Source: Octopus sinensis
Taxonomy: Eukaryota
DNA: 64,000 nucleotides
Direction: 5' to 3'
Assembly: GCF_006345805.1 (NCBI RefSeq)
Contig: NC_043003.1
Span: 30,132,001-30,196,000 of the forward strand
Positions 25,195-37,030 of this stretch are shown piece by piece. Every line of letters begins with the position of its first letter. Positions within the stretch are counted from its first letter, which is position 1. The notes below the pieces were generated by a model that was given only the letters and a program-made list of their open reading frames with translations, made no database searches and was not told the DNA's origin. The position numbers and the translations under genes were made by a program.

Positions 25195-25402
25195 CACTTT
25201 TGATACAAATCCATCTGAGACTGCCTCTGGTTCTATGACGAACACTTCTTTGTTTAAAGTGATCTAAATTAAAATCTCCACTAAAATTTCATATTAATTT
25301 ATGCTCCACAAATGAGCTTAATAATAAGTTATTTTACAAAATTCTTTATATGTTTCAAAATAAATTGAAACAAAGGCAGTGTATTATAACAGAAGAGTTA
25401 AA
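25195..25402. repeat. ~200-bp AT-rich MITE-like repeat (related copies at ~38.5, 46.0, 48.8, 49.6, 61.7 kb)
   Basis: Shared motifs aaaggcagt(g/a)ta and ends resembling ...aag(g/a)gttaa. TTAA-like termini suggest a piggyBac-type derivative (inference). Confidence 0.5.
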
Positions 25403-25515
25403 TAAAAACATTATATAAACACAACTTTCATCCATTTTCCATTCAACAAAATTTCATTGTATTGACTTATGAAAATACCCAGGTGGCTTCATGAAGCAAA
25501 TTCTCCCAAGCCATT

Positions 25516-26802
25516 CTATTGTTCTATGGGCAGGCTTTCATGTGATTTTTGTTTATGTTTAGTTAAACTTCTACTTTCAGAATAAGTTTTACCACAGATA
25601 TCACAATGATATGGTTTGACACCTGTATGAACAGGTTTGTGACGATTTAAATTCTGATTATCAGCATATGATTTACCGCAAATATCACAAGTGTATGGTC
25701 TCACACCTGTATGAACACGTACATGAAGTGTTAAATGACCTTTTTGAGAAAATGTTTTACCACAAATATCACAGTGAAATGGATTCTCGCCTGTGTGAAT
25801 ACGTACATGTTGGGTTAAATGACCGTTTTGAGAGAATGTTTTCCCACAGATATCACAATGATATGGCTTTTCACCAGTATGCATGCGTATGTGTATAGTT
25901 AAGCTATTACTCTCAGAGAATCTTTTCCCACAGATATCACAGTGGTATGGATTGTCACCAGTATGCATGCGTATGTGTCTAGTTAAAGCACTATTACCAG
26001 ATAATGTTTTCCCACAGACATAACAACAGAATGGCTTCTCTCCTGTGTGAACTTGTTTGTGACTAGTCAAATTATTACATACAGAGAATGTTTTTCCACA
26101 GATATCACAATGGTATGGTTTCTCACCAGTATGAGTACGCTTGTGTTTAACCATGCTTCCTCTTTGCGAGAATGTTTTCCCACAGACATCACAGTGATAT
26201 GGTTTTTCGCTTGAATGAATGTACTTGTGTCTATTTAAATCAGAACTTCGGGAAAATGTTTTAGAACAAATACCACACTGATATGGTTTCTCTCCTGTGT
26301 GAATACGTTTGTGAACAGTTAATTCACCATTTTGTGAAAATGTTTTTCCACAAATATCACAGTGATATGGTTTCTCACCTGAGTGAATATATTTGTGTTT
26401 AGTCAAATGAGCTTGCTGAGAGAATGCTCTCCCACAAATATCACAGTGATATGGTTTTTCACCAGTATGAATACGTTTATGCTTGGTCAAATTACCACTG
26501 TCAGAGAAAGTTTTACCACAAATTATGCATTGGTAAATTTTCTTTTCTTGCCGAACATTCTTATGCAAAGACAAAGAGTTGTTTTTAGTAATTGTTTTAC
26601 TATAAATTTTTAAATATTTAAGTTTTGAGCTTGTATGAAGTAATTTTTGCTTAAATAAAGCATTAGATTGTGTGAATGTCTTTTTAATGATGTTTGAATG
26701 ATATGGTTCCTTTTGTTTATTTATACATGTCTGTTTAGGTAGGTCACTAGATTCAGGATGTGTTTGCTCACAAACTTGACTCTCACACAGTTTATTCTCC
26801 AT
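25516..26802 (-). CDS. C2H2 zinc-finger protein, paralogue 3 (428 aa, 12 fingers)
   Basis: Intact ORF. Helices: DSGNLTK, QQAHLTK, QNGELTV, RSSDLNR, QRGSMVK, VCNNLTS, GNSALTR, ESNSLTI, QNGHLTQ, QKGHLTL, DNQNLNR, ESRSLTK. Confidence 0.95.
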   Translation of the reverse strand: MENKLCESQVCEQTHPESSDLPKQTCINKQKEPYHSNIIKKTFTQSNALFKQKLLHTSSKLKYLKIYSKTITKNNSLSLHKNVRQEKKIYQCIICGKTFSDSGNLTKHKRIHTGEKPYHCDICGRAFSQQAHLTKHKYIHSGEKPYHCDICGKTFSQNGELTVHKRIHTGEKPYQCGICSKTFSRSSDLNRHKYIHSSEKPYHCDVCGKTFSQRGSMVKHKRTHTGEKPYHCDICGKTFSVCNNLTSHKQVHTGEKPFCCYVCGKTLSGNSALTRHIRMHTGDNPYHCDICGKRFSESNSLTIHIRMHTGEKPYHCDICGKTFSQNGHLTQHVRIHTGENPFHCDICGKTFSQKGHLTLHVRVHTGVRPYTCDICGKSYADNQNLNRHKPVHTGVKPYHCDICGKTYSESRSLTKHKQKSHESLPIEQ

Positions 26803-27262
26803 AATTCTTCTATAAATATTGTAAAATATTATGTTATTTTCAAATGCTTAATGCAGAATAATAAACTTTTAAAACTTCTCAGCAAATACTGTCTTATAAT
26901 GTATTTTTTCATAGAGAGAAAAGTGATATTTGACGAAGTCTGAAAATGTTTCAGACATAAAGGAACAGTTTCAAGATATTTTATTACAAGTTTTCTTCCA
27001 AGATTTCAATCTTGGAACTAAAATTCAGCAAGTAAACTGACTTCAGTTCTCAAGATATACTGAGATATGCTTGACATTACACATAAATCAACTGAATCTT
27101 CATTCTCTATTACTGTTTATAACCTAATTTAAATTCCACAGCAACTCCAATAAAGCTGTTAAGAACATAATATCGATAAGGTCAGTCTTCCGTTGTCAAA
27201 ATGTGACATATTTCTTGATATATCTTGAGTTAGCAATTATCATCTCAGTGTCATCACAAATC

Positions 27263-28388
27263 CTGAAATAAAGAATATAAGGTAGAAAAGTCAATGAGAA
27301 AGTCAACATCAATGTTATCAGTGATAGGACTTGACTAGAAACACATTGAGTACCAAAGAAATCTATATATATATATAATCATATCTATATAGGAAAAACA
27401 AAATAATATGGATAATATGATGTAAGGATGGGAACTAGAAAGGAGATTATAATGGAATATGCAGCTACAGAAAGAGAACAGGAATCATTTTAGTGGGACT
27501 TCAGGGATGATTCTTACAAGGAAAACAATAGAACATGTAATAACGTCAAATTAACTTGAAAAAAAGTTACAACACTGCGTAAACATTTTTCTTACTCTTT
27601 ACATACAATGATGTTTACATTGATGAGTCAAGACGTAGATGTCTCTGAGCAACCACCAACAGCTACTGCAATTTAGGTAAGATAATGGTCTTTGATGCTG
27701 TGGAGGGACGGCCAGGGAAATATTGAATGAAGACTAAAGACAAAACATATTGGAACACTTTATCGAGAGTGCTAAATGACGTAAACTGATAGTTACATTT
27801 TTTTTTCTTTTTCAATAAAAAAAAAACTGAATATGATTAAACAGGCTGAATGCAAGATAGATTTTTATATTTATACATACACACTCTTAAAGACTCTGTA
27901 GGGGGGAAAAATGGATGTCCCAAATATAATTTCACTACAAAATGAATTGTTTGAAATGAGACTCAGCTGACAAAAGAAAGAAAAGAATTATGGAAAGCAT
28001 TGTAGCAATATGTCACCATTAATAATAGATAATTTAATGTCACCATAATTAGTAGCTGTAAATATTGTTTAAACTGAACATCGCTGACCCTTAATTTTAA
28101 AAAAGTAATACATATTGTGAGTTGTTACAGCAGAGACATTTTTACTGGTAACACTGGGGAGTCTCAACGTAGTCACCCGCTCTGCTAGAAATAACAGCCA
28201 CCTTCACTCGAATCACAACTACTGTCTTAAAGGAAATGACACATTAGACAATGTAATCCGAAACAAACATAAAAAAAGACGGGATGGTCAGAGTTGGAAT
28301 GCCTTACATCATAGGTTTGTTCAGTCGGGGCTAATTTGGGATGAAAACAACAATAACATCGTTAGCAACCAACAACAAATCAACTTAC
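27263..28388 (-). other. 5'-UTR intron of paralogue 3
   Basis: Donor AA|GTAAGTTGATT at 28388 and acceptor TTTTCTACCTTATATTCTTTATTTCAG| ending at 27263. Confidence 0.7.
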
Positions 28389-28529
28389 TTTGTTTTTATT
28401 TTTTTCACTCATGTAAACAATATTAGGTGAACGGAGCTGTGGATATTAATAAACACAACATACTTTTCACATGTTCGTTCAATGAACTTTTTTGATAACA
28501 AGCGAACAGATTTAATACACGCAAATCAA

Positions 28530-28740
28530 CAGCTGTACTTTCGTAAAATGACTTGAATTATATTGTTCAGTATATAGGTGATGGAATGGTAGAATCGTTA
28601 GAACGCCAGAGAAAATATCTTGAGGTATTTTTAAGGGGTTCTTTACGTCCTGAAATCAAATCTAGCCGTGATCAACTAAGTCTTTCGTCTTTATGTACTC
28701 TTAATGAATGTAACAAACCACCAGCCGTACTTTCGTAAAA
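28530..28740 (-). promoter_or_regulatory. Conserved upstream motif of paralogue 3, duplicated (28530-28548 and 28722-28740) around a SINE-like insert
   Basis: cagctgtactttcgtaaaa and cagccgtactttcgtaaaa flank a degraded family C SINE head (ggtgatggaatggtagaatcgttagaacgcc). Confidence 0.65.
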
Positions 28741-31180
28741 GTCTACCATTTTAAGTTAGTGGTAGATTGATCTCTATGTTTTAACAGTTCAATAGAATAG
28801 AATTTGCTGTGTAAGTTTCATAAGATAGAAACATGCACCAGTGAGTTTTAAAGACCAGATCCACTTCTATCTGTATCATTGTTTACCCAAAATTTTAAGA
28901 GTTGATCTTATTGGAATCTTTCTTTTATATTTGAATCACCATCATCTAGAGGGAGTTTCTGTCTATTAACTGCATATATAATGTCTATATGTGTTGTATT
29001 TGATTTTAGCATGCATAACGCTGTCTTCAGTGCCATTACCTTCATTCTACTTCTATATATATATATCAGTACTAACTGTTAAATATGTAAGATCCTACAA
29101 TATGTATTAAGTTTTAAATTAGACTACGACAGTAAAATGCAAAGTTGAGAAAGTCGTTTCTTGTGGTAGTTTTGTGCGTAGAATCAGAAAATGAACTCCG
29201 TTTTAATGAAAATTACTACTTTTGCTTTTTAGTAATCCTATCAATTTTAAAATTTTGTATGTAAAAGCTCTAAAGATTTTTTATTTTACAGGACTTTTCA
29301 GATAACTAAATATTCATTTAATAACTTTAATATGCCTAAAAGGGCTTACAAAAATTCTCCAGATAAGTTTTGTTACGTTTGTAGAAATTATGTGATTAAA
29401 GAACATCAGCGAAGTTTCACTACTCTTACCAAAAAACTTTACCGCCTAAAGGCCAAGTTGGAGACCAAGAGAAGAATTGGGTACCTCACATATGTAAAAA
29501 CTGTTCAAGCTCGCTGTGAAGATGGCTTAATGGAACACAAAAGCAGTTGCCATTTGGTGTTCCAATGGTTTGGAGGAAGCCTTAGGACCACACATCAGAC
29601 TCTTACTTCTGCTTAGTTGACATAAAAGGTCAACTTTCAAAATTTTTATTCATATTATATTATAATACTTATATTATTATAATTTGTATTGAATTTATTC
29701 TCTGTAATATTAAAATTTTTAATTCAACTTTTTTTTCAGGTCTCACCAAGAAAAGTGGAAAATCCATTGTATATAGTAAACTTCAGATTAGTTGTGTGTA
29801 GTGTGTCCCATTCTGCAGAGATACCACTTCTTGAACCGCCTTCAGAAATGCATCCACCATCCAATTCAGATGACACAGATGCAGGACTCATGAACTAGCA
29901 CAAGCATTATTAGAGCCAAAGTTTTTTAGGCAGCCAGAATTAAATGATTTAGTACGGGATCTAGGTTTAACAAAACAGCAAAGTGAATTATTTGCCTCTC
30001 GGTTTCAAGAGAAAAATTTACTAGAAAAGGATGTAAGGATTATGAAAGTTAGAGCTTGATATGATAATTTGCAGCATCATTTTTCAATGGAGAACAACTT
30101 GTGTTTTTGCAACAATATTCAGAGATTGTTTAATGACCTTAATATTGTCTATGGTCCAGAAGAATGGAGATTGTTTATCAATGTGTCTCTATACATTACT
30201 AAAGCTGTTCTCTTACTTAATGGCAATGCTTTCCCATCTATACTCATTGCACATTCTGTAATTTTAAAGGAAACCTATGAAACCTTGGCTTTTATATTAA
30301 ATAAAATCAACTACGATAAACACAAATTGCTCTGTGCTGATTTAAAAGTAGTTGCGCTGTTAAATGGACTGCAAACTGGCTATACAAAATACATGTGCTT
30401 CCTTTGATATGGGATAGTAGGTCAAAAGCAAAGCACTATATCTGTTCAGAATGGCCATCATGTGATGTTATTTGGGAATCTCTTGTCAAAAAAGAAAGAG
30501 TTCTGTTGCCTCCACTACACATTAAATTAAGTCTCATGAAGCAATTTGTTAAAGCTCTAAAACATGATCAGCCGGTATTTGAGTATCTGAAAGGTAAGTT
30601 TCCTAAGTTAAGTGATGCTTAAGTAAAGGAAGGCATCTTTGTTAGATTGCAAGTTTGTCAAATTTGCAAATTCGTTGGCAGTGATTTTGATTCAACTATG
30701 AGTGCATTAGAGTTAAATGCTTGACATAGTTTAAGACCGTTTGCAATGGTCTGCTTGGAAAATGTAAAGTTGAACACTGTAGAACCTTTGTGGACAAACT
30801 AATTCAATCATATTAAATGCTAGGTTGTAATTTGTCTTTAAACATCCATTTTTTACATCTGCATTTTGATTTTTTTCCTGGAGATGCTGCAGATGTTAGC
30901 AATGAGCATGGAGAAAGATTCCATCAAGATAAAGGAAAATGGAGTCCTGCAATGCTTGCAGATTTCTGCTGGAATCTCCAACATGATAAACCAGATGTTA
31001 AACATAAAAGGATGCGAATATATAGTCAACAATAAACTGAAACAAAGACTCTTATAAATGAATGTTCTTTTTTCCATTTTTGTATATATGACAATGTGTC
31101 TGCATGCAGCAAATATGTTTAATAATGAAAAATTTTACATAAAACTCATGAAATTAGCTAAGTATTTGAAATTTAAACTA

Positions 31181-34009
31181 TCTATCTAGGTCATCCCACA
31201 GGATACCCCAACACTATTTCCACACGTTTTCCCCATTCATCTCGATCTTCTATAATGGTCCTCAGCTCCTGTACCCCTTCCATACCAGTATCTTCCAGCA
31301 AGTTGTCAATATAGGTCGTCTTCCTCCTTCCTCTCCTGGTTCTTCCTTGTGTTGGTTGCCAGAGAACTAGCTTGTTAGAAATGCAGTGTCCAGCTAGCCT
31401 ACTCCTTCTATGCTGTATCTTCAGTGTTACTTTTGGTAGTCCCTGGTATAAGTCACCATTTGTTGTATGACTCTTCCAGGATCCATTGAGTGCCATTCTA
31501 AGCATCCTCATATAACAAACGTCCAACTGCTACTACAATGCTATAGTGAACGTCATGTTTCAGCCCCATATAGAAGAACAGACTGCTGTTGCCAAAACTT
31601 TCAATTTCCTTGCTAACTTTGAACTCCATACTTTTCTTGATTTGTGGCATGTGCTCCAGGCAGGAGCTCTCCTTGCTTCGATATCTTTTTCAGTACTTTG
31701 TGTCCACACACCAAGGTATTTGAAATTTTCAACTACCTTCAGCAACTGACTGTCTCTCACTGACATAGGCATTTTCATGGTTGAATACTTGCAGCTGTTT
31801 TCTTTGCATTATAGTATAACCCTACCTTCCTTGATTCCTGCTCCAATCTGTTCAGCACCTCCTGTTAGTAATGCCAAGTCATCAGAATAGTCTAGGTCAG
31901 TTACTGTTAATGTCTGATGCTGTCTACTTCTTTGCCTATGTAGTTTGAATCCCAGTTCTTTCTTGCCCTTGAACATTCTACGCATTACATAGTCCAGAAC
32001 GATGGTGAAGAGATAATCTGCTAGCATGTCACCTTGTAATACTCCGGCTTTGATTTCAAAGTATTCTGTCTCTCCATCAGGAGTGATCACTTTCACTCTG
32101 GTGTTCTCGTACAACTTACTTATTTCTCTCAAAATTCTTGGTGGAATATCGTATGCTTTAAGTATCTTCATCATCATTCCTCTATATACTGAATCAAAAA
32201 TCTATATAGATAATGATAGCCTTCCTGTTATGGCCCTTAACTCCCTCTATCAGTCTTGTAAGTGCAACAATGTGAGATGTTGACCGTCCTGATCTGAATC
32301 CATTTTGATTTGGTCGCAATTGTTTGTCTATCTTATGTTGTATTCGGTTAAGTATCATCTTGTTGACTATTTTTGCAACAATGGAAGACAGAATGATCCC
32401 TCTGTAGTTCCCAGTATCACTTAAGTCTCTAGTTTTGGGCAGCGGTAGCAAGTCTATCTCAGACCATTGTTCTGGCTTCAAAATTTCATTTAGTAGTTTG
32501 TTTGCAAATTCAAGGGTAATGTCTAAATCACATCTTTTTAGTACTTCTGGTGGAATGCTGTCAGGACCAGTTTGTTTTCCTTCTTTCAGGTTACTTGTAG
32601 CTCTTTCTATTTCGTTTTTTTGTGAAGTCTTCATCTTCAATTTACAAACTGTCAAGTATCTTTGCTAATTCTTCATTTTCTGTTTCACTGTCAACTTCTG
32701 GATCCTTCCCAAGTAAGTTGTAGAAATGAGTGTACCACTTCTTGATTCTCTCATCCTTTGATTTCCCTTTGATGATTCCCTGCTTTGTGACCAGTGATGG
32801 AGTTAATCAGCCTCCAGCTTTCTCCGTGCTTACTCTTTACATCTGCCTTTCCAACCTGAGAGATCATTTCACCCAGTTCCTCTTCTTGAATCTCTTGGTA
32901 CACCTGTTTTAGATCTCCTTTCTTTGTAAAGTTTGTTTAGTATCATTGTTGGCAGCTTTTTGATAGTTGCTGAATGCCTCTTGTACTTCACTGCATATTT
33001 TTTCTACCCTGGGATCATCAGCTAACTTTCTCCATTTCATCCTCTTCTTTATCGGTATCAGTTTTGCTGCCGCTTCTTCATTTGATTGCACAAACTTGCC
33101 ATATTGCTCTGTAACAGTATTCCTGTTGTTGGATCGTTCAGCAAATCTGTTATGCACTGTAACTGTTTAAAGCTGTTGAAGTTCTGTATTTCACAATGTA
33201 GACTAATTGTAGCATTCTTTTTTTGCTTGTATGTAGACTAATATGTAATCTAGCTGTCACTAAGTGATGGTCACCTACTAAGCTGCTGAAGTTGTTATAT
33301 GCTTCTACATTGTGCACAGATTCTTCCATTTCTTATTAACCAGTATGTAATCAATTTGGGACTGCTACCATTAACGTCAGCGATAAATGTCCATTGTTTT
33401 CCTTTCTTTTTCTTGAACAGAGTGCTAGCAATGCAAAGATTACATTCCACCACATGATCCAGGAGAAGCTGGTCATTCTTGTTAGTCTCCCTATGCATCC
33501 TTGACTAAATGAAGATTAAAATCACTGCATTCTTTGGTAACATGGTGTTTTGGTATTACATTGATGACATTTGTCAGTGTTTCGTCATGCTCCTCTGCAC
33601 ACTTGCCTCCCACTGTGGGTGCATAGTTAATAACTACTGTGGTAGATGGGTTTCTATTGAACATGGCTGTGACTATTCTGTCATTTACTGGTATTACTTT
33701 GGCCAAAGCTTTCTCTGCCAAACCGTTGATTACTAATCCTACCGCTCCTACTGCTTCACCATTAGTACTTCTCTATACACTTGTTGTTATTAGTGTGCAG
33801 CCCTCAAGTCATTCAATGAGAGTAGGGTCTTCTTCATGCACTATCTTGTGTTCAAGTACTCCAGAGTTGTTTAGTTTGCATTTGTTAAAGTCGTTAGCCA
33901 TCTCCAGACGTTTCTCTTTTTTCCTAGGTGTTCTTACATTGAGTGTTCCAATTTGCAGGTACTTTTTACTATTCATAAGTTTTTAAACTAAGATTTATTT
34001 TTAAACATA
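31181..34009 (-). mobile_element. Near full-length RTE-superfamily (RTEX-like) LINE, APE plus RT, degraded, with 12-bp TSD
   Basis: APE: LQIGTLNVRT, DRIVTAMF...NYAPT. RT: GNYRGIILSSIVAK, QNGFRSGRST, GVLQGD, YSDDLAL, FKYLGVW. C-terminus RRGRRKTTYID. (TAGA)n tail. AAATTTAAACTA is duplicated at 31169-31180 and 34010-34021. Confidence 0.9.
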
Positions 34010-34035
34010 AAATTTAAACTAATATACTAATATAA

Positions 34036-34460
34036 GCGAACCATACGTTCGTGGTCGTTGCCGGCGCCGCCCTGTCTAGCCTCCGTGTCGGTGGCACGTA
34101 AAAGCACTATCCGTTCGTGTCCGTTGCCAGCCTCGCCTGGCCCCCGTGCCGGTGACACGTAAAAGCACCATCCATTCGTGGCCATTTGCCAGCTCTGTCT
34201 GGCCCTCGTGCCGGTGACACGTAAAAGCACCATCCGTTCGTGGCCGTTTGCCAGCTCTGTCTGGCACCTGTGCGGGTGGCACGTAAAAAGCACCCACTAC
34301 ACTCACGGAGTGGTTGGCGTTAGGAAGGGCATCCAGCCATAGAAACACTGCCAGATCTGACTGGGCCTGATGAAGCCTTCCAGCTTCACAGACCCCAGTT
34401 GAACCGTCCAACCCATGCTATCATGGAAAACGGACGCTAAATGATGATGATGATGATGAT
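34036..34460 (+). mobile_element. Family A element with 4-5 internal ~55-bp tandem units
   Basis: Repeated ccgttcgtggccgttgccagc...gtg(g/a)cacgtaaaagcac units, conserved body and (TGA)n tail. Confidence 0.9.
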
Positions 34461-36639
34461 ACTAAAAATATAAACATCCTGATATATTAAAACTTTAAGA
34501 CCAGTCCCTACAAGGTTTATTTAATTAGAATGTATAAGCTGAAGTATTTAATTGCCATTTGCTAAAAATTGGTGGGTGATAGAGAAAATCTAACTGCAGA
34601 TTCATTTTTAGCACACCCAATTTCATAAGGCTGCAAAGATTTTAGTCTACATAATAAAAAAAAATTATTGTACAGTGCTATTAGTGTGTTAACAGTCATT
34701 AGTTTCATTGCTATAATGTACATGAGAACTTAACCAGTACTCTGTTATGATGATAGTAAACAAGCCTGTGTTTTATGTCAGTGGATAGAAGTAAGTAACA
34801 GCTGTATATGTGCTCTGATTCTCATAGGAATTGTCATCAGCAGTTGTATATACTAATTCTAAACCCGCTAATATGTTTTTTATCGTTATGACAATTTTTT
34901 TTACCAACAAAGATAATAATTACATATATAATACGTATGTATATGATACATATATAATATAAAACATATTTGATATTAAACTACAAATCCAAAACTGAAG
35001 AAAATACAAACATGAGCAAAGAAAGAAAAACAAGAGAAAGAGGAAGAAAAAAAAACATGAATTCAACTCTCTTTTGCACAAGGCCAACAATCTTAGGTTC
35101 AGGTAGTTAATTACATCAACCCCAGTGCTTGACTGATACTTATTTTATTAACCACAAAAGGATAAAAAGCAAAGTTAAACTCAGCAAAATTTGAATTCTG
35201 AATGTAAATTGCTGGAAGAAAGACCACTATGCACTTTGTCTGATGCACTATCAATTCTATCAGTTCACTGTCTTAAAAATGAATGAATTGTACATACACA
35301 TAGACACACACGCATGCACACACACACACACACATCTATATACACGTGTATGTGTAGTGTAGATTTATTAGGTAGGTGGTACAAGCATTCCAAACTGAAC
35401 TGACTTTGTTTTGTTGTTCTTTTAGTCATTTAGAAAAGAGCAAACAAAACAAGAATAATACTTTGATTAACTTGCTTAAATTCACATCCTATTGACAGTG
35501 TAAGAAAAAACAAAAACGAAAAATAAGGGAAGGATTCTATTTTATGTTTGAGTTACTCTAATTAGTACAAAGAAATGTTTGACACTTATATCATACACAT
35601 GCGTGTGTGTACTGGTTTACATTTGTGCTCTACAAAAGTCACATCCTAGAAATGGTGTTGTCAACAAATTGTCTGTATTTTGCCTTTTAAAACCCATGGA
35701 ATAAGAGATCCTTTACTTGAAGCACGGGTAGTGGTTAGTAACAGTAAGGGCATCCAGCTGGAAATCATTTCCTCAATAATAGATTCATCCAACCCATGCT
35801 ACCATAGAAAAATATGTAAAAAAAAAAAAAACCCACATATACCTAATGTTTTTGTTAGAGTGAATTTCGGCTTCCTTAGATCAGCCTTCACCACTTCTCA
35901 TGTTTCTTTCAGCCTACCTCATTGTTTTAGTACAGAGATTGCATGTTTATACTAACATAGTCTTTTCCTTTGCACATTACAGTTGATTCCTCTTATACCC
36001 ATTTTGCATCTTTCATTTCATCTATGCTTAGTCATTTCATATGTATATATACTAACATTACACATACAGCAGATATGATTGGTTCATTTTTTTCCAGCTT
36101 CTACACATCCTCATTTAATGTCTATGTTTTGTTCAATATTACACAAACACCAAACAATCTGCCTTTTGTCCCAGGAGAAAATCTCTTTGGTGTCCAAACC
36201 AATAGCTCCACTATGGCCACAGCCTCTGAATGGAGCATATAAAAGTAACATATATAACGGGCCTCTTACACTTTCTGTCTACAAATCCACTCACAAGGCT
36301 TTGATTAGCCTGAGGCTATAGCAGAAGACAGTGGCCCAAAGTGCAATATGGTGGGACTAAACTTGAAACTACATGGTTTGGGAGCAAACTTCTTAGCCAC
36401 ACAGTCATTTCTCTTCTTTTTATTCATATTGATCATAGCTACTTTGCAGAAAGGATTGAGTTCTGTATTCTTTCTTACTGAGATTTTTTTATCTTTGCAA
36501 TGATTACTTTCAGACTTTTTGATTTTAGGCATGATTCCATTTTTTGAATTTTTTTCTCTAAGTCTTTGATTAATCCAGCTATATGAACTATGTCTTTGGT
36601 ATATAAAAATTCTCATTGTTGACCAGTCTTTAGTTCTTT

Positions 36640-37030
36640 TGCTATTGCTTAGAGAATTGTAATTTACAGGAGTGAAACAAGAACCAAGTTCTGTTGGTCA
36701 ATTAAATTCTTTGCTAAACTTGTTGGTAACTTTCACCATTCTAGCATAGCTTGCAGTTCCCACAACTATTCTTCCACACTCAGTTTTTTTAGCAGCCACT
36801 AAACTATAAAGCATGGTACTTTGTTAAAGACCTTTTCAAAGTCAACAAATGCTAAATATAATGGTTTGGTCTTTGGAAAGATCTTCTGTAGTTGTCTAAA
36901 AAGAAGATATTAGTGATCCTTTATCTTAACAAAAACCTAAACAGCAATTAATCTACGTTAATTCTCTTGTTAATTCGCTGTGCTTTAATGCTTTCTATCA
37001 TTTTCATAACTTGGTTCATCAAGTCAATGC
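36640..37030 (-). mobile_element. Old LINE RT fragment
   Basis: Manual translation PLYLAFVDFEKVFNKVP. Confidence 0.6.

Larger units (their letters stand above)
29127..34677 (+). mobile_element. Chapaev-like (CMC superfamily, probably Chapaev3) DNA transposon, degraded and interrupted by nested insertions
   Basis: Transposase fragments 29332-31040: NSPDKFCYVC, GDQEKNWVPHICKNC, LPFGVPMVWRKP..H..DSYFC, EWRLFI, GYTKYMCFL.WDSR, LLPPLHIKL.LMKQFVKAL, GCNLSLNIHFLHLHFDFFP, SNEHGERFHQD. Putative intron ~29630-29760. Putative ends cta|cgacagta and tgtacagtg|cta; the termini are the least certain part. Confidence 0.7.

Noticed and set aside
25516-26802. Possible KRAB, ZAD, SCAN or BTB domain in the leaders
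   Set aside because: The leaders are ~85 aa, lack those motifs and are largely explained as decayed fingers. An upstream coding exon cannot be fully excluded without transcripts.
34027-34411. ORFs with repeated ANGHERMVL motifs (similar ORFs at 9976-10300 and 40565-40912)
   Set aside because: They are translations of the family A tandem unit and body, not genes.
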